A program made the position numbers and the translations under genes. Shown one piece after another: positions 37,349 to 64,000 of a stretch of 64,000 nucleotides of DNA. How positions within the stretch are numbered: the stretch's first letter is position 1; the number at the start of each line of letters is the position of its first letter. The stretch comes from Macrostomum lignano. Lineage: Eukaryota. Where the stretch lies: positions 1 through 64,000 of the forward strand of contig NIVC01002554.1 of NCBI GenBank assembly GCA_002269645.1, read 5' to 3'. The notes under the pieces were generated by a model. That model did no database searches. It saw only the letters and a list, made by a program, of their open reading frames with translations, and was not told the origin of the DNA.

Positions 37349-37927
37349 GTAGTGATGGAGACTGGTATGCTAGTGCTCCAGTGGGTGTGGTAGCTAAGTG
37401 ACACTGGTAGCTAAGTGCTTCCCCTGAGCGTCCAGCTTTCCTGGATAAGGATGGTCCCCCTTAGGGTGTTCAGGACAATGTGCTGCAGGTTAGCCTTGCA
37501 AGACAGTCATGTTTGCTGTCTAGGGATCAGCTTCAGCTTCAGCTTCATTGAGCTGAATGAAGAGCAGCTCATTCTCAGCGTCATCGGTGAGGGTTGAGCT
37601 GTCTTCGTCCATTGGCTCAGGCTCAGCCGCTTTCCCAGCCGCAGAGGCGGACGCTGAGTCTGTGGCAGGTGGTGCACCTGACCGCTCTGCGCCGCCTTCC
37701 TCCTCGGCGACTGGTGTACGGCTGCTGGCCTCGCCTTGCGCCTCGCCGTCGGGAATCTGGACTCTGTCGGCAGCAGTCTCCTTGGTAGCAGCCCCACCTG
37801 TTGAACGATCGAGCTATATCTTCTTCCAGTTCCTTTGGCTGGTGGCATGCCAGCAGGAATACACCCTCATTGAGTGTCCGAGGATACGGTGGTTCCTGAC
37901 GGCCCAGCCGCGTCACCAGACTTATCC

Positions 37928-38160
37928 CATCGCCTCATCATCTCATTTCCTCATCATCTCATTTCCTCATCATCTCATCGCCTCATCATCTCATCGCCTC
38001 ATCATCTCATCGCCTCATCATCTCATCGCCTCATCATCTCATTTCCTCATCATCTCATTTCCTCATCATCTCATTTCCTCATCATCTCATTTCCTCATCA
38101 TCTCATTTCCTCATCATCTCATTTCCTCATCATCTCATTACCTCATTATCTCATCGCCTC
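37928..38160. repeat. 16-bp repeat (TCATCATCTCATTTCC)n
   Basis: Direct tandem copies. Confidence 0.9.
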
Positions 38161-38196
38161 GCTGCATTTCCAACTGCCATTTTTTAATCTTCCCAG

Positions 38197-39582
38197 ACAC
38201 CGGCGGCTCTGGTGCTTCTGATGCTGGCTCTGTCCGTGACCTTCTATCGCAGATTTGTCGGTGACCCCAATGTTGAAAACGACCATCCAGATGGAGCTAG
38301 TGAGAGACTCAGAGTTGCTCAAAGTTTTGCTTAAAATTAGTTTTTTTTATCTGGTTCTTCCTGTACGCTCGTATAGTCTATGAATCGCATACAGTAAACA
38401 GCAAACCTGTAGCCTGTAAATACAGAAAACAGCAAACCTGTAGCCTGTAGATACAGAAAACAGCAAATCTGTAGCCTGTAGATACAAAAATCAGCAAACC
38501 TGTAGCCTGTAGATACAGAAAACAGCAAAACCTGTAGCCTGTAGATACAGAAAACAGCAAATCCGTAGCCTGTAGATACAGAAAACAGCAAAACCTGTAG
38601 CCTTTAGAAAACAGCAAAACCTTGTTGCTAGGGAAGTTCCTGGTGCTGCACAAGGCCAGCCGGGAGTGCCTGGACAAGCAGGCAGTGGAGACGGTCTGCC
38701 GCACCCTGGAGGAGATGGTCAGCGACTCCATGAAGGGCCTGTCCAGCATGGAGATCTGGGCCTACGAGGTTGTGCATCTGCAGAAGCTGCGCGAACTCGG
38801 ATACAAGTGAGCCAATCTCCATCTGGATTATGAAGCTGCCTGATGCTGACTCTTGCATACCGTCCTCACCCTCCGTCACCCTCTCACCCTCCGTCACCCT
38901 CTCACCCTCCGTCACCCTCTCACCCTCCGTCACCCTCTCACCCTCCGTCACCCTCTCACCCTCCGTCACCCTCTCACCCTCCGTCACCCTCCGTCACCCT
39001 CCGTCACCCTCCGTCACCCTCTCACCCTCCGTCACCCTCTCACCCTCCGTCACCCTCTCACCCTCCGTCACCCTCTCACCCTCCGTCACCCTCTCACCCT
39101 CCGTCACCCTCTCACCCTTCGTCACCCTCTCACCCTTCGTCACCCTCTCACCCTCCGTCACCCTCTCACCCTCCGTCACCCTCTCACCCTTCGTCACCCT
39201 CTCACCCTCCGTCACCCTCTCACCCTCCGTCACCCTCTCACCCTCCGTCACCCTCTCACCCTTAGTCACCCTCTCACCCTCCGTCACTCTCTCATTCTCT
39301 GTCACCCTCCGTTACCTCCGTCGCCCCCGCAGGCTGCTGGAGTTCCTGGACGATTTGAAACGCGACACGCGCGACTCGCACAACCTGGCGCCCACGCAGG
39401 TGCTGACGGACGTCGCCATGACGCTGGTGCTGGAACGCGAGGTCCGCTGCCTCACCAACCGTGACAAGGAAGTGCCGGTGCACGCCTTCTCGGCATTCAG
39501 CCAGAGCGTCGCCGACCAGGTTGACAACAAAGCTATCGAGGGCATGCACGACCTGCTTGAGCACACCAGGATGGCCGCCTGA
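38197..39582 (+). CDS. 3' exons of an uncharacterised gene (unknown product; may be the same gene as 36643-37348)
   Basis: Phase-consistent exons 38197-38299 ([20 protein letters not shown]..), 38632-38806 ([36 protein letters not shown]) and 39332-39582 ([20 protein letters not shown]). Strong GC3 codon bias and GT-AG sites. The first of the three exons is less certain. Confidence 0.6.
38395..38620. repeat. 31-bp intronic minisatellite (AAACAGCAAACCTGTAGCCTGTAGATACAGA)
   Basis: About 7 copies ending at an acceptor. Confidence 0.9.
38862..39310. repeat. 18-bp intronic minisatellite (CCCTCCGTCACCCTCTCA)
   Basis: About 25 copies; source of the VTLSPS and TEGERV pseudo-ORFs. Confidence 0.95.
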
Positions 39583-39663
39583 GCAGCCCAAGCCGCCAAA
39601 ACATGAGTCAAACATTGACTGACAGTCTGATGGAGAGAATGAGGCTGGAGTGCTCATCGAATT

Positions 39664-40290
39664 AGACCCTCTACAGATGCTTACAGACCCTCTACAGATG
39701 CTTACAGACCCTCTACAGATGCTTACAGACCCTCTACAGATGCTTACAGACCCTCTACAGATGCTTACAGACCCTCTACAGATGCTTACAGACCCTCTAC
39801 AGATGCTTACATACCCTCTACAGATGCTTACAGACCCTCTACAGATGCTTACAGACCCTCTACAGATGCTTACAGACCCTCTACAGATGCTTACAGACCC
39901 TCTACAGATGCTTACAGACCCTCTACAGATGCTTACAGACCCTCTACAGATGCTTACAGACCCTCTACAGATGCTTACAGACCCTCTACAGATGCTTACA
40001 GACCCTCTACAGATGCTTACAGACCCTCTACAGATGCTTACAGACCCTCTACAGATGCTTACAGACCCTCTACAGATGCTTACAGACCCTCTACAGATGC
40101 TTACAGACCCTCTACAGATGCTTACAGACCCTCTACAGATGCTTACAGACCCTCTACAGATGCTTACAGACCCTCTACAGATGCTTACAGACCCTCTACA
40201 GATGCTTACAGACCCTCTACAGATGCTTACAGACCCTCTACAGATGCTTACAGACCCTCCCTCTACAGATGCTTACAGACCCTCTAGAGA
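39664..40290. repeat. 21-bp minisatellite (GACCCTCTACAGATGCTTACA) between convergent genes
   Basis: About 29 near-identical copies. Confidence 0.95.
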
Positions 40291-40609
40291 TGTTCTACAG
40301 ACCTCTACAGATACTTTTTACAGATATTTTATAGGTGCTCTACAGAAAATCTACAGATAGTCTACAGGACTTCTAACTTCCGATGGCCGCAAATCCTCAA
40401 TAAATTATCAGTCACCCTGAGCGTGGCTATTTTGAATATCCTCCCAAATTTCCAGATGTAGTGTTTTAATAATAAAATCACAAAGTTTGATTAAACATTT
40501 GCAAAACAACATTCTAACTGGCTTGTTATAATAGTTCTAAATTCATTTTCAATCTGCCTACTCGAAAGTAGTAAAAATTTATATTAGTTGCCGACAAATT
40601 CTGCCGCAG

Positions 40610-55763
<15,154 letters not shown>

Positions 55764-56037
55764 CCTGTGAGCAGTGCTTGGGGATTGAGACTCGGCAGCA
55801 ACGCAGAGTTGATGAGCTTCGGTAAGTTTCCCGCGCTTGGCTGGCCGGTCGGAGCAGATAAACTAACTGACTGTTGAAGTCAGAGATAAAGCTGCCACTC
55901 TGCCGTTCTTAGTAGCATTGGTTGACCTTCGCACCTGCTGAGCTGCTGATAACAGCGCTGTACAGTCAGCAACAGAGAGTGGATGAGTGAACGCGCCTTT
56001 CATGTGTTCTTCAAGGTGTGCTTTGCCTTGGTCTGAG

Positions 56038-56739
<702 letters not shown>

Positions 56740-57076
56740 GGGTGCAATCTTTGTCTTTGCATGCTTGACACCCCAGCAGGACTTTGGCACAAAGTTTTCA
56801 AGAGAAACGATGGTATGAAATCCATGGTATTCTCTAAATCTCAGTTTCAGACGAAAATGAAACTCTCTGAGTTGGACCGTTTATATATATAGTGGTCTAA
56901 ATTTAGCAACAGTTGTTTCGAAGCTCGCTTTACATCTAGGCACAATTTTACCTGAAGTTTTTTCTACAGTAGAAGACGCAAACAAATAAATGCTTGCTTA
57001 TAAACTTCAGGTGATTTATAAAATCGACAAGCATATAATTTTGTATTAAGTTCCTTTTCTTCATAATAATGTCGAC

Positions 57077-57418
57077 GGGTAAATATCGGCAGGTAAATGT
57101 CGGCAGGTAAATTTCGGCAGGTAAATTTCGGCGTGTCGGCGGGTAAATGTCGGTGGGTAAATGTCAGTGGGTAAATGTCGGTGGGTAAATGTCGGTGGGT
57201 AAATGTCGGTGGGTAAATGTCGGTGGGTAAATGTCGGTGAGTAAATGTCGGTGGGTAAATGTCGGTGAGTAAATGTCGGTGGGTAAATGTCGGTGGGTAA
57301 ATGTCGGTGGGTAAATGTCGGTGGGTAAATGTCGGTGAGTAAATGTCGGTGGGTAAATGTCGGTGGGTAAATGTCGGTGGGTAAATGTCGGTGGGTAAAT
57401 GTCGGTGGGTGAATGTCG
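57077..57418. repeat. 14-bp minisatellite (GTAAATGTCGGTGG)n
   Basis: About 24 copies. Confidence 0.95.
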
Positions 57419-57879
57419 ATGGGAAAACTGTTCCAGAAACATATAAGCATGAGTTTGGATTCCATCGGGTCGAGAGACTAAAAAGCTCACATTCTCATTA
57501 TTTACTGAATTTTCTTAGCACTCGTTCTGCTCTCTTTCTCAGTCTCAAGTTCCACTAGGGCGAAATTCGCCGCCTCAACGCTGGCTAAATTTGGCAACAA
57601 CAGAAAATTTTTCTTTCGCTTTGAGACCCCGTGCAGAGTGAGTGCAGTTTGACTAAAGCAACTACCCGATGAGTCACACAGCTGCCCAGTCTGCTGCATC
57701 CTGAGTGCTGCGAGGCTTAAGCAAAAATTTATTTAAATTGCGGATGTATAAATATATCTTTGCACATAAAGATGCTGCTTAAGTGCCACTAAGCTGACGA
57801 AAACAGGTGAGGGGAACCTCAGCTTTGGGGAACTTCAGCCTGGCCTGGTTGTACTGCTTTCCAATTCCTTCATTTGAAT

Positions 57880-58800
57880 TTGGGATTGTGAAGCTTGGGG
57901 ATTGTAAAGCTGGGATTGTGAAGATTGTGGATTGTGAAGATTGGGGATTGGGGATTGGTGAAGATTGGGGATTGTGAATAGAGGATTGTGAAGATTGAGG
58001 ATTGTGAAGCTGGGGATTGTGAAGATTGGGGATTGTGAAGATTGGGGATTGTGAAGATTGGGGATTGTGAAGATTGGGGATTGTGAAGATTGGGGATCGT
58101 GAAGATTGAGGATTGTGAAGATTGGGGATTGTAAAGCTAGGGATTGTGAAGCTGGGGATTGTGAAGATTGGGGATTGTGAAGATTGGGGATTGTGAAGAT
58201 TGGGGATTGTGAAGCTGGGGATTGTGAAGATTGGGATTGTGAAGATTTAGGATTGTGAAGATTGGGGATTGTGAAGTTTGGGGATTGTTAAGGTTGGGGA
58301 TTGTGAAGATTGGGATTGTGAAGATTTAGGATTGTGAAGGTTGGGGATTGTGAAGTTTGGGGATTGTGAAGGTTGGGGATTGTGAAGGTTGGGGATTGTG
58401 AAGTTTGGGGATTGTTAAGGTTGGGGATTGTGAAGATTGGGATTGTGAAGATTTAGGATTGTGAAGGTTGGGGATTGTGAAGTTTGGGGATTGTGAAGGT
58501 TGGGGATTGTGAAGTTTGGGGATTGTTAAGGTTGGGGATTGTGAAGTTTGGGGATTGTTAAGGTTGGCGATTGTGAAGTTTGGGGATTGTGAAGGTTGAT
58601 GATTGTGAAGGTTGGGGATTGTGAAGTTTGGGGATTGTGAAGGTTGGGGACTGTGAAGTTTGGGGATTGTGAAGGTTGGCGATTGTGAAGGTTGGGATTG
58701 TTAAGGTTGGGGATTGTTGAGGTTGGGGATTGTGAAGGTTGGGGATTGTGAAGGTTGGGGATTGTTAAGGTTGGGGATTGTGAAGATTGGGATTGTGAAG
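57880..58800. repeat. 16-bp G-rich minisatellite (GGGGATTGTGAAGATT)n
   Basis: About 57 copies with GATT/GGTT/GTTT variants. Confidence 0.95.
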
Positions 58801-59366
58801 ACTAGAGATTAGAAAAGATCAAAGATTAGATGAACCAATAAAATAGCCATCTTTGCTTTAGTTAGTTCGGTATCAGCTGCCAGAAGTTCCCCAAATAGGT
58901 GTCAATCGTTGCCGAACTTTGCTCCAAGAAAAGAACCGCTTTTCGAAAACGAAGTTCGAGTTTGCAATTTTCGTAATTAAGCAATTTCAGCAGCAATAAA
59001 TTATATTTCCGAGTCGCGAAGCAATTCTCTCCATTTATGGCCCCCAGCTGAGAATGATGGCTACGCTCGGTGCTGGAGGCGGCTGGCCTGGAGACCTCTG
59101 GAGGCTGTTTTTTCGGAGGGGTTTCGTCGGGGTGGGCGGTCGAAAATAAATAAAGCTGGCCAGAGAGAAGCGGCTGGCGTGAGCGAGCTGGGGCCGGCGG
59201 GCACCGGCGGGAACGGGGCTGTTGGCCCCCACCCCGCCGCCCTGCCACGTCAGCTTGCAGCCGAGGTCTCGACCAGTTGGCCTGGAGGGGTGGGGGGGGG
59301 TAAAAGACAGAACTTGAGCACAATAGTAAGACAACATCGGGCACAATGAGGCAAGCATCTCAATGC

Positions 59367-59421
59367 CCAAATTTGGCAATGGAAGCGAAGCCCATCAAAA
59401 TTGCGCCAAGTCCAAATATGG
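59367..59421 (+). promoter_or_regulatory. Two CArG boxes (SRF sites) in the actin promoter
   Basis: CCAAATTTGG at 59367-59376 and CCAAATATGG at 59412-59421 both match CC(A/T)6GG and lie 140-190 bp upstream of the actin ATG. Confidence 0.75.
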
Positions 59422-59540
59422 CAATGGACCGCCGGGCCGGCGCGGCCTACAAATAGGCGCTACTCGGAGCAGCCGAGCCACTCCTCACTGCCACAGCCAC
59501 CTGCGCTAAATCTATCAGTTTCTATAAGCCAACTCGCTAA

Positions 59541-60791
<1,251 letters not shown>

Positions 60792-61015
60792 ACTCCCCGC
60801 CTGCGCGTGACTTTAAATGAAATTAATTTACATTCATGTTGCATCTCGTCTTACTCGGAATCAGACGCACTTTTGCACTAAATCAATAAACAGACTTTGA
60901 CAGCCGTCAGCTGGCCAATTAGCTCGGTTTTTTTGTAATGCCACGCTTAAAAACAATTTTTGTATAATAAGCAACGCACTGACTTGGTTTCGTGGTTCCT
61001 ACTGTTTTTATAAAC

Positions 61016-61274
61016 TATACTCAGCGACATAAAAAAGTCGCCATCACAGAAGATTCCGTCTGTGGTCGCCACTTTTGAGAGTGCAGGTAAAGCCTATCAA
61101 TCTTTGCGAGTGACGCAACTTAGCTACGCCGCGATAGACTTGACGCCGCGTTGGACGGATTAATGCTACCTCGATCAGTTTTCTCATACTTCAGTTATCT
61201 TTTATTTCAGAATAGTCCAAGAGAAGTTGCTCGCTGGCGCATAGAGTGGCGATTTTTCGATGTTGCTGAGTATA
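61016..61274. mobile_element. MITE-like element with ~28-bp TIRs and TA ends
   Basis: Left end tatactcagcgacataaaaaagtcgcca versus right-end reverse complement tatactcagcaacatcgaaaaatcgcca (4 mismatches). TA termini are consistent with the Tc1/mariner superfamily. Confidence 0.6.
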
Positions 61275-61667
61275 TATCTGATATTACAACAATATGAGCT
61301 CAATTTTACAAATTGAGAGGGCAACTACTATAGGACGGCTAACGTATTTAGTAAGTTTAGCCCTCTAAGTCCTAAGTAGCAACCAGTTCAAGCAGATTAA
61401 TACAGAACTATCGCCGACATGCACACCTGCTATTCACGCCGAGTTCCTACAGCGCACGCTATATCTACAACCTGTACTGAGCTGAGCAGACTTAACCTCT
61501 AGCATAGTTGGGTCAAAACTGATACGGCGGGTTGAGTACACGCTTGTAGAGGCGCACGCAGCGCTCATTCGATCTTAAATATGCGTGCGTAAAGGTTAGA
61601 AGCCAACTCTGCACTGTGACTGGAATCTGCAGCCGCTGATCTAAACTTTTAGCTGCAGTTGGCAAAA

Positions 61668-62552
61668 ATGTCGCTTAACTGGAAAGACTGGATTACGCCC
61701 AGATATTCCGCCGATGCCATCGTGCAGAAGGTGGCCGAAGAATTTGAATACTTTGACGATGACATTGTGGTGTCCACCTACCATAAGTCTGGGACGACAC
61801 TAACGCAGGAGATGATCTCCTGTCTGATTCTGGGGCCGGAGAAGACTAAGAACACGGCACTCCTGCGCAGGTCGCCCTTCATCGATTTCTACAAGCACCT
61901 GCCCAGAGACCCCATGGAAGAGGCGCGAACGCTTCCCAGGCCGCGGGTGCTCAAAACCCACCTGCCGCCGGCCTTCCACATGCGTCATTTGAGCGACCGT
62001 TCTCCCGACGTGGGACCTAAGAACGTCATTGTCATTCGCAACCCCAAAGACGTTGTTGTGTCGGCCTTTCACCACTTCACCGGGACGAAACTGTTCGACG
62101 GCAAGCCGATTCCGGACAAGTTTTCCGAGTACTGGCGCAGCGCCATCTTCCAGCCGGGGAACGTCTCGCACCACGACATTTTCGACTTCAACCGGTCCTG
62201 GTGGTCGTTTAAGGACCACCCGAGGGTCTTCGTGCTGTTCTACGAAGACATCGTGCGGAACAAAGCAGATCAAGTCCGAAAACTGGCCAAGTTTTTGGGA
62301 GTCGAGCTCACCGACGAGCTGCTCGAGGCCACCCTGGACCTCACCAGTTTCCAGACTATGCGGGAGAACCCTAACGTGAACTACTCCATTGCCGAGAGGG
62401 CCAAGGATGATTGGAAGCCGGGCAGCAACTTCATTCGCAAGGGCGAGATCGGCGACTGGAAGAATCACTTTACAGTAGCCGAGAACGAGGAGTTCGACCG
62501 GTACATCGCGGAGCGGATGCGCGGCTGCGACTTGAAGTTCACGTTTGAATGA
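61668..62552 (+). CDS. Cytosolic sulfotransferase (SULT family), intronless, 294 aa
   Basis: PAPS-binding 5'-PSB loop STYHKSGTT; PRVLKTHLP; 3'-PB motif IRNPKDVVVSAFHH; LFYEDI; C-terminal FIRKGEIGDWKNHFT. Confidence 0.95.
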   Translation: MSLNWKDWITPRYSADAIVQKVAEEFEYFDDDIVVSTYHKSGTTLTQEMISCLILGPEKTKNTALLRRSPFIDFYKHLPRDPMEEARTLPRPRVLKTHLPPAFHMRHLSDRSPDVGPKNVIVIRNPKDVVVSAFHHFTGTKLFDGKPIPDKFSEYWRSAIFQPGNVSHHDIFDFNRSWWSFKDHPRVFVLFYEDIVRNKADQVRKLAKFLGVELTDELLEATLDLTSFQTMRENPNVNYSIAERAKDDWKPGSNFIRKGEIGDWKNHFTVAENEEFDRYIAERMRGCDLKFTFE

Positions 62553-63261
62553 GTTTACATGTATGTGGAGCAGCAGAAAACTTTTTATATTTCTGGGTGC
62601 CTGGCTATCATAGAGCATTGCTACATTTTGATATCTTGATTTGATTTGCTGACACTTATTGCAATTGACAGCATCGGACAGCATCCGATTCAAAAAAGAC
62701 TCAAACTGCACGAGTGATGAATGGAGTCTGAAGCTGTATGAAAATAAATGGAAAAATGAAAAAAACCGAAACTGCCGTGTTTATTAATTTGCGTTTCGAA
62801 TGGTTTGGAACTTTAATAGTTCTTTTTGGTTTTGACTACTAAGCATAAAACTGAATCCATCAAGCGTAGGCGATGAGTCCAATTTTACAATTGCGAATTA
62901 TAGACACCAAACTGATTCGCATTGAGCATTCAGCCATCATTGGAAGTCGCACGTATAGAGCCAACAAAACTTTATATGCTGAGTAGGATCTCAGCTTCCG
63001 TGCAGCAGTTGCAACATACAAAAAAGCCAGCAAGTGCAGTTAATCATCTACCATGTTTGCAATTGAGTGTTCTCCTTTCAGTGAATGTAGATGCTGCAGA
63101 CTGAGCTCTCTAGCATGGGAATCAGCTCACTCAGGCACCCACAATGCGAACATTCACTCACCAGAGATCTCTCGAAGAGGCTGAGACATCTCATCAGAAC
63201 TCAGTACAATTGTTATGGCAGCACTCCTTTGGCTAGTGATTGAAAGCGGCGGGCTCAGAGA

Positions 63262-64000
63262 CTCTATCTGACTCTCAGCCAATCTATCGGACTCTCACGC
63301 AATCTATCTGACTCTCACCTAATCTATCAGACTCTCACAGAATTTATCTGACTCTCACCCAATCTATCAGACTCTCACCCAATCTATCGGACTCTCACCC
63401 AAACTATCGGACTCTCACCCAATCTATCGAACTCTCAACCAATCTATCGGACTCTCACCCAATTTATCGGACTCTCACCCAATCTATCGGACTCTCATCC
63501 TCTCAAATCTATCTGACTCTCACCCAATCTATCGACTCTCACCAATCTATCGACTCTCACCCAATCTATCAGACTCTCACCCAATCTATCGACTCTCATC
63601 CAATCTATCGACTCTCACCAATCTATCGGACTCTCACGTAAACTATCAGACTCTCACCCAATCTATCAGAATCTCACCCAATCTATCTGACTCTCATCCA
63701 ATCTACCAGACTCTCATCCAATCTATCTGACTCTGACCCAATCTATCAGACACTCACACCAAACTATCGGACTCTAACCCAATCTATCGACTCTCAACCA
63801 AACTATCAGACTCTCACCCAATCTATCAGACTCTCACCCAATCTATCAGACTCTCACCCAATCTATCGACTCTCACCCAATCTACGACTCTCATCCAATC
63901 TGTCTGACTCTCACCCAATCTATCAGACTCTCACCCAAACTATCGGACTCTCACCCAATCTATCGGACTCTCACCCAATCTATCAGACACTCACCTAATC
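63262..64000. repeat. 20-bp minisatellite (ACTCTCACCCAATCTATCAG)n, runs off the right edge
   Basis: About 37 degenerate copies. Confidence 0.93.

Overview
Eukaryotic (animal) genomic DNA with GC-rich spliced exons and introns filled by many different mini- and microsatellites. This style and gene content resemble a flatworm such as Macrostomum (inference only). Genes from left to right: (1) a minus-strand NWD1/2-like DUF4062-NACHT-WD/beta-propeller gene (6170 to beyond the left edge) with about 8 single-base frameshifts; (2) a plus-strand ~1160-aa gene fusing 11 atypical Cys-rich 33-aa repeats and 3 canonical ankyrin repeats to a Mab-21/cGAS-like nucleotidyltransferase (cGLR), the most interesting object in the window; (3) a complete 10-exon TMEM181; (4) an unresolved multi-exon locus at 34-39.6 kb; (5) a 6-exon WS/DGAT acyltransferase whose intron 4 holds an 11.4-kb, 46-bp satellite and whose introns 3 and 5 hold mutually inverted (GACA)n arrays; (6) an actin with two CArG boxes; (7) an intronless cytosolic sulfotransferase. 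There are also several MITE-like inverted-repeat elements and decayed transposable-element remnants. No rRNA, tRNA or CRISPR array was found.
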